Shown: positions 18,179 through 28,571, counted from the first letter of the stretch. The stretch: DNA of 64,000 nucleotides from Parvularculaceae bacterium (GCA_050331095.1 JBHJHE010000022.1:84829-148828); one strand, 5' to 3'. Translations and numbers: made by a program. The notes: generated by a model from the sequence alone, not told the origin.

Positions 18179-19807
18179 TCAGATACGCGGCGCGGCGGCG
18201 CGCACCTCATCCGAGACGTGCGCCGCAAACGGCGCGAAATTCTCGATGAACATCCGCGCGAGCGTCTCGGCTTGCGCATCGTAGGCGGCCGGGTCGTCCC
18301 ACGTCGCGCGCGGGTCGAGGATGGCCGCGTCGACGTCCGCGCCTTCCGGCGGCGCCGTCGGCTGCTCGAAGCCGAAGACCGGGTTCGTCGCCATCGGCGC
18401 GCCGGCGAGCGATCCGTCGAGGGCCGCGGAGAGGAGCGCGCGCGTCGCCTTGATCGGCATGCGCCGTCCGACGCCGTAACGGCCCCCGGTCCAGCCCGTA
18501 TTGACGAGCCAGCACTGCGCGCCGTGGCGTTCGACGAGGTCGCCCAGAAGCGCGCCGTATTTGGACGGGTGGCGGGGCATGAACGGCGCGCCGAAGCAAG
18601 CGGAGAACGTCGCCTGCGGCTCCTTCACGCCTTTCTCCGTACCCGCAACTTTCGCCGTGTAGCCGGACAGGAACTGATACATCGCCTGGGCGGCCGTCAG
18701 CTTGGCGATCGGCGGCATGACCCCGAACGCGTCGCACGTCAGCATAATGATCGATGTCGGATGCACCGCGCGGCCGTTGGTCGAGGCGTTCGGGATGTAA
18801 TGGATCGGGTAAGCGCCGCGGGAGTTCTCCGCAAGGCTGGCGTCGTCAAGGTCGAGCGCCCGCGTCGCGGGGTTCATGACCACGTTCTCCAGCACCGTGC
18901 CGAAGCGCTTCGTCGTTGCGTGGATCTCCGGCTCGGCCTCCGCCGACAACCGGATCATCTTCGCGTAGCAGCCGCCTTCGAAGTTGAAGAGGCCGTTCTC
19001 CGACCAGCCGTGCTCGTCGTCGCCGATGAGCATGCGGGCCGGGTCGGCGGAGAGCGTCGTCTTGCCCGTGCCGGAGAGGCCGAAGAAGATCGCCGCGGCG
19101 TCGCCCTTCGGATCAGCGTTTACGGAGCAGTGCATCGGCATGACGCCTTTTGGCGGCAGAAGGAAGTTCAGGATCGTGAAGACGGACTTCTTCATCTCGC
19201 CGGCGTAGGACGTGCCGGCGATGAGCACGGTCCGCTCGACGAAGTCTACGGCGATCGCCGTCTTTGAGCGGCAGCCGTGACGTTCGGGGTCCGCCTCGAA
19301 GTTCGGCAGATCGACGATCGTGAAGTCCGGCGCCCGGCCGGTCTCCATCGCCCGCTCGCTCATCGGCGGGCGGACGAGCAGGTGTTGAATGAAGAGCGCG
19401 TGCCAAGCGTATTCGGTGAAAACCTGTACGCTGATCGAGTGGTCCTTGTCGGCGCCGCCCTGCAGATCCTGCGCGAAGAGGGGCGCGCCGGCGACGCTTC
19501 TTTCCGCGGCGTAGTCGAGCATGTCGGCGCGCAGCCGCGCGAAGCTCTCCGGGCTCATCGCCCGGGCGTTGTCCCACCAGATGTCGGCGTCGATCTCCGG
19601 CCGGCTGACGATGAACTTGTCGTTGGCGCTGCGGCCGGTGTGTTCGCCGGTCTTCACGACGAGGGGACCGTCCCTTGCGACGGCGCCCTCGCCGAGGCGG
19701 CCCGCGTGCTCGTAAAGCGCCGCGGCGGTCAGGTTGCGCCGATCGTGGGCGCTCGCCTCCAGAAAGGGCGTCGGCGCGGCGTTCGCCGCTTCGCTCGCTG
19801 CGCTCAT
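18179..19807 (-). CDS. pckA: Phosphoenolpyruvate carboxykinase (ATP)
   Basis: Internal ATG 19807 of ORF 18179-20014. Motifs [14 protein letters not shown] and [13 protein letters not shown]. Confidence 0.97.
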   Translation of the reverse strand: MSAASEAANAAPTPFLEASAHDRRNLTAAALYEHAGRLGEGAVARDGPLVVKTGEHTGRSANDKFIVSRPEIDADIWWDNARAMSPESFARLRADMLDYAAERSVAGAPLFAQDLQGGADKDHSISVQVFTEYAWHALFIQHLLVRPPMSERAMETGRAPDFTIVDLPNFEADPERHGCRSKTAIAVDFVERTVLIAGTSYAGEMKKSVFTILNFLLPPKGVMPMHCSVNADPKGDAAAIFFGLSGTGKTTLSADPARMLIGDDEHGWSENGLFNFEGGCYAKMIRLSAEAEPEIHATTKRFGTVLENVVMNPATRALDLDDASLAENSRGAYPIHYIPNASTNGRAVHPTSIIMLTCDAFGVMPPIAKLTAAQAMYQFLSGYTAKVAGTEKGVKEPQATFSACFGAPFMPRHPSKYGALLGDLVERHGAQCWLVNTGWTGGRYGVGRRMPIKATRALLSAALDGSLAGAPMATNPVFGFEQPTAPPEGADVDAAILDPRATWDDPAAYDAQAETLARMFIENFAPFAAHVSDEVRAAAPRI

Positions 19808-20028
19808 GCTCGTATCGCGACCCCCTTGGCGTGAATGCGCGCCGGCTCTCCCCAGCCTTTGGCGCGAAAAGGCGACGCAAGAGCCGCGCCGCCCCTCTCT
19901 CCCACCAAAGACTAAGGCTTCGTCGCCGCCCGCGCGCGCATTTTTTACAGCCGCGTTCGGAAAATATTGACCGGATGCGCGCGACAACGGGTTCGTAACC
20001 AACTGACGAGCCACGCGTAGGGTCCCCG

Positions 20029-20280
20029 ATGGAGACGACGTTCGATTTTCTCGCCGTGTCGCTGTTCATCGCGACCGCGGGCCTGTTTTTTCATCGTTTG
20101 CGCAGCGAAGATCCGCCGCTCGCGCCCTATATGCTCGTCAGCCTTGTGTGCGCCGTCTCCAATTGGCTCGGCAACAATGGCGGCGAACTCGGCGCGATCT
20201 GCCTTCTGACGGCCGGTGCGTTCTTCCTCATGCAAATGGCCAGCGCGCCGTTCGACGAAGACGCCGAGGGCAAACGCTGA
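20029..20280 (+). CDS. Small (83 aa) multi-TM membrane protein, unknown function
   Basis: [24 protein letters not shown]...[14 protein letters not shown]...[15 protein letters not shown]. Three hydrophobic segments. Lies immediately upstream of the polysaccharide cluster. Confidence 0.5.
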   Translation: METTFDFLAVSLFIATAGLFFHRLRSEDPPLAPYMLVSLVCAVSNWLGNNGGELGAICLLTAGAFFLMQMASAPFDEDAEGKR

Positions 20281-20395
20281 GGCCGGCCGCGCGGCGCGCG
20301 TCGCGACCCTTTCCGCGCATTTTAGTTAGTTTATTGAGCGAGCGCACACGTTTCGCGTTTACCGCGATCCTCGACGATTGGTCAGAGGACGGCGC

Positions 20396-21724
20396 GTGGC
20401 GACGTTGAACGAAATCGACGAGGCGAGGCTCGCCGCGCCGTCCGGCGCCGTCGCGGACCCCGAACCCGCGCGGCCGGCGCCGGGCGTTCCCCGGCGCGCC
20501 GACGGCGAGCGGCCCCACGCCGCGATCATCGTCGAAAACATGACCGTGCCGGCGGACCGGCGCGTGTGGCAACAGGCGCTCGCCCTGCGCGACGACGGCT
20601 GGCGGGTCAGCGTCGTCACGCCGAAGGCGGGCGAGTTTCGCGCGCCCTACGAAGTGCGCGAGGGCGTCACGATCCTGCGCCATCCCTTGCCGATCGAGGC
20701 GCGGGGCCTTGCGGCGTATGCGGCGGAGTACGCGACCGCGCTCGCCTGCGAGACGGCGGCGCTCTTCAAGCTCGGCCTTAAGGACGTCGACGTCGTCCAG
20801 ATCTGCAACCCGCCCGACTTTCTGTTCCTGCCGGCCCTTGTCGCCAAGGCGTTCGGCGGCGCCAGGATCGTTTTCGACCATCACGATCTGACGCCGGAGC
20901 TGCTCGCCGACAAGATCGCCGGGCGCGGCGGCCCGGGCGCGTCGCTCGCCCGACGCGTCCTGCCGCCGATCGCGAACTGGGCGGAGCGCCGGACGTTCCG
21001 CGCCGCCGACCAGGTGATCTCGACGAACGGCGCTTTTCGCCAGATCGCGATCGACAAGGGCGGTAAAGCGCCGAACGACGTAACCGTCGTCTATTCCGGC
21101 CCCGATCTCGACAAGGTCGGCGACGTCGCGCCGGACCCGGACCTTCGTAAAGGCGCGAAGACCGTGTTTCTCTGGGTCGGCGTCATGGGCTCGCAGGACG
21201 GGCTCGACCTCATGCTCGAAGCCGTCGACGCCCTGCGCGATCTGCCGGGCGGGGACGATATCCGCGTACTCGTCGCGGGCGATGGGCCGGAGCGCGCGGC
21301 GACCGAAAAGCTGGCGGCCGAGCTCGATCTTCTGGACGTCGTCGACTTTCTCGGCTTCGTCACCGGCGAGCGGCTGCAGCGCGCTTTCGCGAGCGCCGAC
21401 ATCGGGATCGGGTCGGATCCGAAAAATCCGTTCAATGACCGCCTGGCGATGAACAAGGTCATGGAGTACATGGCCTGGCGCTTGCCGATCGCCATGTTCG
21501 ACCTCGCCGAATGCCGCAAGATCGCCGGCGACGCCGCGCTCTACGCCGCGAACAACGACCCCCTCGCCCTCGCCGCCAACCTGTCGAACCTCGCCGCCTC
21601 GCCCGCTGCGCGCGCCGCAAAGGGAGCGCTCGGCCGCCAGCGGCTTGAAGCGGAGTTTTGCTGGGCCCGCCAAAAGGACGCGTACCTCAATGTGTGCCGA
21701 CGGCTCCTCCCCGACGTCGATTGA
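20396..21724 (+). CDS. Glycosyltransferase family 4
   Basis: GTG 20396 has GAGGA 6 nt upstream; the ORF track starts at TTG 20378. Motifs IIVENMTVPADRRVWQQALALRDDGWRVSVV, VQICNPPDFLF and a C-terminal GT-B region (FLGFVTGERL...NKVMEYMAWRLPIAMFD). Confidence 0.85.
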   Translation: MATLNEIDEARLAAPSGAVADPEPARPAPGVPRRADGERPHAAIIVENMTVPADRRVWQQALALRDDGWRVSVVTPKAGEFRAPYEVREGVTILRHPLPIEARGLAAYAAEYATALACETAALFKLGLKDVDVVQICNPPDFLFLPALVAKAFGGARIVFDHHDLTPELLADKIAGRGGPGASLARRVLPPIANWAERRTFRAADQVISTNGAFRQIAIDKGGKAPNDVTVVYSGPDLDKVGDVAPDPDLRKGAKTVFLWVGVMGSQDGLDLMLEAVDALRDLPGGDDIRVLVAGDGPERAATEKLAAELDLLDVVDFLGFVTGERLQRAFASADIGIGSDPKNPFNDRLAMNKVMEYMAWRLPIAMFDLAECRKIAGDAALYAANNDPLALAANLSNLAASPAARAAKGALGRQRLEAEFCWARQKDAYLNVCRRLLPDVD

Positions 21725-22607
21725 CGCCGCGCCGCGCGTTTCGGTCGTCGTCCCGCATTGGAACGACCTCCCCCGCCTTGCGCGCTGCCTGGAGACGCTC
21801 GAGGCCCAGTCGCTGGCGCGCGCCGCCTACGAGATCATCGTCGCCGACAACATGACGCCGGGCGGGCTCGGCGACCTCGCCGAGCGTTTTCCCGCCGTGA
21901 CGTGCGTCGAGGCTCGCGAACGCGGGGCGGCCTGTGCGCGCAACGCCGGCCTCGCCGTCGCACGCGGCGACGCGATCGCGTTCATCGACGCCGATTGCGA
22001 AGCCCATCCCGACTGGCTCCGCGAGGGGTTGGCGAGCCTTGACGACGCGGAACTTTGCGGCGGCGCTGTCGACGTCACGATCGCACGCGTCGGCGCGCCG
22101 AGCCCCGTGGAGAGTTTCGAGAAGGCGTTCGCGTTCCATCAACGGGACTATGTCGAACGCAAGGGATTTTCGGTGACCGCTAACCTCTTCGCCCGCGCGG
22201 AGGCCGCCCGCGCCGTCGGCCCGTTCACCAACGGCGTCGCCGAAGACAAGGAATGGTGCGAGCGCGCGGGGGCGTTGGGCTTTCGTTTAGTTTTCAACGC
22301 TAACGCAATTGTACGGCATCCGGCGCGCACGACGTGGCGCGAACTTGTCGCGAAGTGGGACCGGTTGATCCGGGAACGGTGGAACGGCCGCGATCGGCGA
22401 GGGGGGCTCGCGCGCGTCCAGTGGGCCGCGCTCGCGGTGGCGACCGCCCTGTCGGCGGGGCCGCACCTCGCGGTCGTCGCCGCCAGCCCGCGGCTCGATG
22501 GCCCCCGGGAGCGCCTTGCCGCCGCTGCGACGCTGACGCGCATCCGCGTATGGCGCGCCGGCAGAATGTTGGCCTTGCTGTGGGGCGCCCCGCCCCGCAG
22601 CGCTTGA
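21690..22607 (+). CDS. Glycosyltransferase family 2
   Basis: VSVVVPHWNDLPRLARCLETL...IIVADN...ARNAGLAVARGDAIAFIDADC. The start (ATG 21690) is uncertain and overlaps the upstream gene. Confidence 0.8.
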   Translation: MCADGSSPTSIDAAPRVSVVVPHWNDLPRLARCLETLEAQSLARAAYEIIVADNMTPGGLGDLAERFPAVTCVEARERGAACARNAGLAVARGDAIAFIDADCEAHPDWLREGLASLDDAELCGGAVDVTIARVGAPSPVESFEKAFAFHQRDYVERKGFSVTANLFARAEAARAVGPFTNGVAEDKEWCERAGALGFRLVFNANAIVRHPARTTWRELVAKWDRLIRERWNGRDRRGGLARVQWAALAVATALSAGPHLAVVAASPRLDGPRERLAAAATLTRIRVWRAGRMLALLWGAPPRSA

Positions 22608-22624
22608 GAGTTAAGGAGCGATCG

Positions 22625-23521
22625 ATGCGCAACGCGATTGGTCTTGTATCGATGGCCGCGGCGATCGCCGTCGCCGGCTCGGCGACCGCGGTCGCGGCGT
22701 CCGGCGCGCGCGACGTGAAGAGCGGCGCGACGCAGGTCGTCGCCACGCTCGGCGAGCGTGAAATCACCTTAAGCGAGCTGCGCATCGAGATGCAGCGCCT
22801 CCGGCTCAACCCCGCGAGCCCTGACGCGGAGCGCTTGGCGCTGAGCGGCCTGGTCGAACGCGAACTCCTCGCCGAGGCGGCGCGCGAGACCGGCCTCCAC
22901 CGCAAGCCCGACGCCCTGGCGCGTATGCGCGCGGCTGAAACTCAGGCGCTTGCGGAGTTGTTCTACGCGTCGGCGAGCCTGCCGCTCGAGCCGACGCGCA
23001 GCGAAATCGAAGACTTCATCGCGAAGAACGCAAGCCTCTTCCGGGAGCGGCGGATCTACGACTTCCAGGTTCTGACCTTGCCGAGCGAGGCGTTTACGGA
23101 CGAATTGACGCCGTTGTTCGACGAGTCGGAGGATTTCTCCGCCTTCGAGAAGGCGTTGACGCAAGCGGGCGTCGACTACGCGTTGGGACCCGCGCGCCGC
23201 GACGGCGCGACGTTCCCGAAGCCGATCCGCGAACAGCTCGCCGCCTACGGACCGACGGACAATGTGGTCCTGCGCGGGCCGGACCGCACCGAGATCTACA
23301 AAATCCTCTCGTCCGAGCCTTCGGACGCCGACCCTGAGACGTTCGGGCCCCTCGCGCGGCGCTTGCTGCTTGAGCGCGCCGCGAGCGAGCGGGGCCGCAA
23401 GCTGATCGACCGCCTCAAGGCCGAGGCGAGCCTGACGATCCACCGCGAAAGCGCGCGTCCGGAAGAACCCGCCCAGGCCGTCGCGCCGACGGCGGCGGCC
23501 GCGACCCCGACGGAACGGTGA
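22625..23521 (+). CDS. Periplasmic SurA-N/parvulin-like protein (EpsD-like)
   Basis: ATG 22625 follows AAGGAG. Signal peptide MRNAIGLVSMAAAIAVAGSATAVAA. The position before the chain-length determinant matches EpsD of PEP-CTERM loci. No GGDLG-type rotamase signature seen. Confidence 0.5.
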   Translation: MRNAIGLVSMAAAIAVAGSATAVAASGARDVKSGATQVVATLGEREITLSELRIEMQRLRLNPASPDAERLALSGLVERELLAEAARETGLHRKPDALARMRAAETQALAELFYASASLPLEPTRSEIEDFIAKNASLFRERRIYDFQVLTLPSEAFTDELTPLFDESEDFSAFEKALTQAGVDYALGPARRDGATFPKPIREQLAAYGPTDNVVLRGPDRTEIYKILSSEPSDADPETFGPLARRLLLERAASERGRKLIDRLKAEASLTIHRESARPEEPAQAVAPTAAAATPTER

Positions 23522-23528
23522 GCCGCCG

Positions 23529-24935
23529 ATGGGCCTCGCCGATTTTCTACGCGTCGTTCTCTACCGCAAGCTGATCATCGTCTGGTCAGTGGTGCTCGCC
23601 GGCGTCGTCGCCGCGGCGGCCGGCGTCTTGTTGCCGAAAAAGTACGTCTCGACGGCGATCGTTCAGGTCGACGCCGTGCAGCGCAACAACCTCACGGGCA
23701 ATATCGACCACCGGGTGAGGGTCGCGGATTTTCTCGGCCAACAGGCCGCCGTTGCGGCGAGCCGCACCGTGGCCCTCGCCGTCATCGAACAATTGGGCGA
23801 CCAGGGCTTTTTGAACCTTGCGGACTATCGCGAGCGCTGGCGGCGCCAGACCGGCGGCGAGCTCGTCGCCGGCAACGACCTCGATTTGTGGGCGGCCGAC
23901 GAACTCCTCAACAGCCTGACGATCGAGGCGAGCGCCCAGCAAAGCACGCTGACGGTCGCCTTCCGCGGAGACGAGCCGGCCCAGGCGGCGCGCATCGCTA
24001 ACGCCTTCGCGACAGCCTACATGGACGTCGTCATTGAACAGAAGAAGCGCCGCTCATCGCGCAACGCCGCGAACTTCTCGGAAGAAACGCGCGCGCTCGC
24101 GGAAGAAGTCGTCAACGCCCAGCGCGACCTCGCCGACTTCCGCGAAGAATCCGGCATTCTGCCGATCGGCACCAACGGCGTTGAGTCCGCGGAGATGCAG
24201 CTTGCGACTCTGACGGCTCGCCTCGCCGACGCCCGCGCAGACAACACCGAAGCCCAGTCGTTGCGCCGTCAGGCGGAGAACACGCCGCGGGCGGAGCTTG
24301 TCTATTTTCCGGTGCCGGAGGACGCGCTCGCCGCGCGCCAGGCGCAGTTGGCGCTCAACGAGACGCGGCTTCGGCTGTCGCGCATTGCTGACCGGTACGG
24401 TGAGACGTATCCAGACTATATCGAAGCCGCGCAGGAGGCGCGCGATCTCGAAAACCGAATTCTCGCCGGGATCCGCGACCGCGCCAACTTCGCTGAACGT
24501 CGGCTCGAAGCGCTTGAAAGCGAAGCCGCGGACATCTCCACCGCGGCGTCGGCCGCGCAAAGCACGCGCGACGCCTACGATCTATTGAAGAACAAAGTCA
24601 CGGCGAGCCAGGACACGTTCAACCTCCTCGCGACGCGCTCGCTCGAAGAAGCGTTGCAGTCGCGCGTCGATACGACGGACGTTCTGCTACTCGCCCGCGG
24701 CGTGCCGCCGTCGCGGCCCGCGACGCCGCCCATGGCCGTCATCGTCGCCCTTGGCGCCGTCGTCGGTGCGGTTCTGGGCGGTTCGATCGCCGTCTTCGTC
24801 GAGTTTTTCGAGGGGCGCCTGCGTTCCGCCGACATGGTGCGCTCGATCCTGCGCGCGCCGGTCATCGGCGAGCTTGATCCGAAGGCCCTGCGCGCGCCCT
24901 CGTCGCGCGACGGCGCATTGGGGATAGCGCCATGA
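23529..24935 (+). CDS. Polysaccharide chain-length determinant (Wzz/GumC/EpsF-type)
   Basis: N-terminal TM (LIIVWSVVLAGVVAAAAGVLL), long coiled-coil periplasmic region, C-terminal TM (MAVIVALGAVVGAVLGGSIAVFV). Confidence 0.85.
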   Translation: MGLADFLRVVLYRKLIIVWSVVLAGVVAAAAGVLLPKKYVSTAIVQVDAVQRNNLTGNIDHRVRVADFLGQQAAVAASRTVALAVIEQLGDQGFLNLADYRERWRRQTGGELVAGNDLDLWAADELLNSLTIEASAQQSTLTVAFRGDEPAQAARIANAFATAYMDVVIEQKKRRSSRNAANFSEETRALAEEVVNAQRDLADFREESGILPIGTNGVESAEMQLATLTARLADARADNTEAQSLRRQAENTPRAELVYFPVPEDALAARQAQLALNETRLRLSRIADRYGETYPDYIEAAQEARDLENRILAGIRDRANFAERRLEALESEAADISTAASAAQSTRDAYDLLKNKVTASQDTFNLLATRSLEEALQSRVDTTDVLLLARGVPPSRPATPPMAVIVALGAVVGAVLGGSIAVFVEFFEGRLRSADMVRSILRAPVIGELDPKALRAPSSRDGALGIAP

Positions 24936-25891
24936 AGATGATCGCCCAGGAGCGCGCGCTCGAAGAAGACGTCGATCAAGACGTTGACGCGGAGGACGCC
25001 GACGAGACCGCTGCGCGGAGCGGGTCGTCCGAACTCGTTGAAAACGGCGCGCATGCGGACGGCGAGCCCGGCTGGGGCGCCGGCGCGGCGCTCGTCCAGG
25101 CTGGCCGCCTCGACGCCCACGCCTTACGCAAGATCGTCGAAGCGCACGAGCGCACCGGCGTCTCGTTCGTTGAAATCGCCGCGCGGCTCGGTCTTGTGGA
25201 GCGCAACGATCTTCAGGTCGCCCTCGCGATCGAACGCGGCCTTTTGCGCGCCGACGCCATGGGCGCGCCGATCCCGCCGGCGCTCATCGGCGTCCACCGG
25301 CCGAATTCGGCGCTGACGGAGCATTTCCGCGCCGTTCGCACGAACCTCGTGACCATGCGCAACGCGGACAAATTGGGCCTCACCGCGATCGCGTCGCTGG
25401 AGCGCCGCCGGGAGGCTGATTTCTTCGCCCTCAACCTCGCCGCCGCCTTCGCCGAGCTTGGCAAGACGGTGCTGCTCGTCGACGCGGACCTGCGCGCCCA
25501 GCGGCTAGAGCGTCTGTTCGGCCTCGACGGCGGGGCGACGTTGCGCGACGTCTTGCGCGGCGCGGCGCCGCCGCTCGCCGCCGTGCGGGAGACCGTCGTC
25601 GCCAATCTGGACGTCGTGCCGGCCGGCCGGCCGGGCGCCGACGCCCAGGAAGCCTTGTCGCGGCCCGCGCTGCGCGAAGTGCTCAACGCCTACGCGGCGC
25701 GCTACGACCATGTGATGGCGCTGTCCTCGCCCTTCGAGGGCGTCGCTGACGGACGGTTCGTGTGGGCCGCCTGCGGGCAGGCGATCATCGCCGTGCGCCA
25801 GCACGAAGACCGCGTGGACCAGTTGCGCCGGCTGCACAAGGCGCTGCGTCAGGTCGGGGCGGAGGCGACCGCCGCCGTTCTCGTTCGATGA
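24932..25891 (+). CDS. EpsG/BY-kinase-like protein with degenerate nucleotide-binding motifs
   Basis: ATGA overlap with the upstream gene. An N-terminal helical domain (LDAHALRKIVEAHERTGVSFVEIAARLGLVERNDLQVALAIERG) is followed by LTAIASLERRREADFFALNLAAAFAELGKTVLLVDADLR. This is ParA/MinD-like, but no GxxGxGKS/T P-loop is present. Confidence 0.7.
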   Translation: MKMIAQERALEEDVDQDVDAEDADETAARSGSSELVENGAHADGEPGWGAGAALVQAGRLDAHALRKIVEAHERTGVSFVEIAARLGLVERNDLQVALAIERGLLRADAMGAPIPPALIGVHRPNSALTEHFRAVRTNLVTMRNADKLGLTAIASLERRREADFFALNLAAAFAELGKTVLLVDADLRAQRLERLFGLDGGATLRDVLRGAAPPLAAVRETVVANLDVVPAGRPGADAQEALSRPALREVLNAYAARYDHVMALSSPFEGVADGRFVWAACGQAIIAVRQHEDRVDQLRRLHKALRQVGAEATAAVLVR

Positions 25892-27531
25892 CGGACGTTC
25901 CGGCGGCGGGCGCGTTGGCGCGCTTCTTCGCTCCATCCGACGCGCCAGACGCTGAGGATCGGCGCGAGTGGCCGACCGTCGCGCTCGCCCTCGCGGCGGG
26001 CTGGATCGCGCTTTACCTGCCGGCTTACGCTGATTTCGCCACGGACGCCTGGCGCCAGGACCGTAACGCGCACGCGCCGTTCATCCTCGCCATCTGTTTC
26101 GGAACGGCCTGGGCGCGGCTTGATGCGCGCCGTCGCGCGTGGCCCACGCCCTCGACGCGCGAGGTCGCCGCCGGGGTCGGCGTACTCGGCTTCGGGTTGT
26201 CGTTCTTCATCCTGGGGCGGATCGCCGAGGCCGCCCTCGTCGTTTCGGCGACGCAGACGTTCGTCGCGGCGGGCCTCGTCCTCGCGACGTTTGGCGTCGC
26301 CGGCGCGCGGGGCCTGTGGTTTCCGCTCGCCCTGTCGATCTATCTCTGGCTCTGGCCGAGCTGGGTGATCGACGCCCTGACCTTTCCCCTAAAGATGTTC
26401 GTTTCAAGCGCGGTCGCCGACATGATGTACGCGCTCGGCGAGCCCGTCGCCCATTCCGGCGCGACGCTCTCCGCCGGGCCCTATCGCTTGCTCGTCGCCG
26501 ACGCCTGCGCCGGTTTGAACTCGCTCGTGGCCTTGACGTCGGTCGGCGCGGTTTACCTTTACGCTGCGCGCCGCCCGTCCCTGACGGCGAACGCGATCGT
26601 CCTTTTGGCGCTCGCGCCGGTCGCCGTCCTGGCGAACGTCCTTCGTGTCGCGCTCCTGGTACTGATTACGCTCCATCTCGGCTACGACGCCGGCCAGAGC
26701 TTTCTCCACGACAGCGCCGGCATCGTCATGTTCGCTGCGGCGCTCGCGCTTGTCTTTATCGTCGACGCCGTGGCGAGCGCGATCTTCAAAGGCGCCCCGC
26801 GCGCCGCGCCCGCGGCCCCGTTGGAAGCGCCGGTTCGTTCCGCGCCGAAGCGTCTCGCGGCTTTGTTGCTCGCCGCCATGCTCGCCGCCGCGGCCCTCAG
26901 CGCCGGCGGCGCCGCGCGCGGAACCGGGAGCGCGCCGGCGGCGCCCGATCTTGAGGCCCTCCTGCCCGATGCGTTCGGCCGGTGGCGGCGCACGCCGCTC
27001 GCCGACGTCGTTCTGCCGGCGGAAAGCGAGCTCGCTCCAGGCGAGGCGGTCGTCTATCGCGCTTACACGGACGACCTTGGCCGCACGGCGACGCTCGTCG
27101 TCGCCTACGGACCGCCGCTCGGCGACGGGGTGCGCCTGCACCGGCCTGAGCGGTGCTATGTCGCCCAAGGCTTTTCGATTTTGTCGCGGCGCATCGGCGC
27201 CGCCTCGGGCGTCGCGCCGGGCGGCGCGTCGACGCCGGTCGTCCATATGGCGACGGAAGACGCGACGCGGCGCGAGGCGGTGAGCTATGTCCTGCGCGAC
27301 GGGTCCGACTTCGTCGTCGCCGCGCCGGAGCGCCAGCTCAACGTCTTCAGGCGTCTCGTCGGCGGCGCCAGCGCCGACGGCGCCGCGCGAGCGGACGGCG
27401 CGCTTGTGCGCATCTCGACCGTGTACGGCGCAGCGCCCGACTTCGACGTCCATGAAGACTTCCTCGAAGCCTTCGCCGGCGGCCTCAGCGCCCCGGCGCG
27501 CGTGGTCGTCTTCGGCGGGCCCGCATCGTGA
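25888..27531 (+). CDS. Exosortase fused to an EpsI-family domain
   Basis: ATG 25888 (ATGA overlap). The multi-TM domain carries exosortase catalytic motifs LLVADACAGLNSL (Cys), LANVLRVALL (Arg) and FLHDSAG (His). The C-terminal periplasmic domain has the EpsI hallmark LHRPERCYVAQGF. Confidence 0.85.
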   Translation: MTDVPAAGALARFFAPSDAPDAEDRREWPTVALALAAGWIALYLPAYADFATDAWRQDRNAHAPFILAICFGTAWARLDARRRAWPTPSTREVAAGVGVLGFGLSFFILGRIAEAALVVSATQTFVAAGLVLATFGVAGARGLWFPLALSIYLWLWPSWVIDALTFPLKMFVSSAVADMMYALGEPVAHSGATLSAGPYRLLVADACAGLNSLVALTSVGAVYLYAARRPSLTANAIVLLALAPVAVLANVLRVALLVLITLHLGYDAGQSFLHDSAGIVMFAAALALVFIVDAVASAIFKGAPRAAPAAPLEAPVRSAPKRLAALLLAAMLAAAALSAGGAARGTGSAPAAPDLEALLPDAFGRWRRTPLADVVLPAESELAPGEAVVYRAYTDDLGRTATLVVAYGPPLGDGVRLHRPERCYVAQGFSILSRRIGAASGVAPGGASTPVVHMATEDATRREAVSYVLRDGSDFVVAAPERQLNVFRRLVGGASADGAARADGALVRISTVYGAAPDFDVHEDFLEAFAGGLSAPARVVVFGGPAS

Positions 27532-28571
27532 CGGCGCCGGAGACTTTCGGGGCCGTTATCGTCAATTTCCGCGCCGCTGGCCTCGCGATCGGCGCCGCGC
27601 GCAGCTTTCTCGGCGACGGCGGGGCCCGCGCGATCGTCGTCGACAACCGCTCGCCGGACGATTCGTGGGCGTTGTTCCGCGCGTTCGCCGGCGGCGGCCC
27701 GGCGCCCGATGCGCCGCGGCCGAGCCCCATCGTGAATCGCCCGCCGACCTACGCCGACCTTGCGCCTGACGAGATCGCATGCGTGGAAGACGTCGACGCG
27801 GCGCGCGCGACGCCGGCGTCCGTGCGGCTCGTCTTTATAAAGAGCGCCGCCAATGGCGGCTTCGCCGCCGGCTGCAATCTCGGGCTCGCCGCGCTCGACG
27901 GGCTCGTCGGCGTCGACGCGTTGTTGCTGCTCAATCCGGACGCGGCGCTTGCGCGCGGCGCGCTGCGAGCGTTCGCCGAGCGCCTCGCCGACCCTGGGGT
28001 CGGGCTGTGCGGCGCGAGCGTCGTCGGTTTCGAAGCGCCCCACCGCGCGCAGGCTTTTGGGGGCGCGGCGATGGACGCGCTCCACCGCGGCTTCAATATC
28101 GGCGAGGGCGCGACGCTCGACGACCGGCCGTCGCGCGCCGAAGTCGAGGCGCGCCTCGCCTATCCGCTGGGCGCGGCGATGGCCTGTCGTGCGGATTATC
28201 TCGACGTCGCCGGCTATCTCGACGAGCGATACTTTCTCTACTTCGAGGAGGCGGACTGGACGCGCGCCGGCCTGCCGGCCCGCAAACCCGCCTGGGCGCC
28301 GGACGCCATCGTTCATCACCGCTACGGCGCGAGCTCCGCAAGCGCAAAGCGCCGGGTCGGCGAGCCGGCGGCGCGCTCGCCCCTCTCCGACTACCATATG
28401 ACCCGCTCGCGGATTTTGTTCGCCCGCAAATGGCGGCCCTTGTCGGCCCCGATCGCCCGGGCGGCCGGCGCGTGGCAGGCGGCGCAACGCATCGCGCGCG
28501 GCAGGCCGGCGAACGCCCGCGCCGTCGCCGCGGCGGCCGCCCGGCCGGACCTGCCGGGACCGCGGCCATAA
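27528..28571 (+). CDS. Glycosyltransferase family 2
   Basis: GTGA overlap with the exosortase gene. Motifs FGAVIVNFRAAGLAIGAARSF...IVVDNRSPDDS...LLLNPDA...YFLYFEEADW. Confidence 0.85.
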   Translation: MTAPETFGAVIVNFRAAGLAIGAARSFLGDGGARAIVVDNRSPDDSWALFRAFAGGGPAPDAPRPSPIVNRPPTYADLAPDEIACVEDVDAARATPASVRLVFIKSAANGGFAAGCNLGLAALDGLVGVDALLLLNPDAALARGALRAFAERLADPGVGLCGASVVGFEAPHRAQAFGGAAMDALHRGFNIGEGATLDDRPSRAEVEARLAYPLGAAMACRADYLDVAGYLDERYFLYFEEADWTRAGLPARKPAWAPDAIVHHRYGASSASAKRRVGEPAARSPLSDYHMTRSRILFARKWRPLSAPIARAAGAWQAAQRIARGRPANARAVAAAAARPDLPGPRP

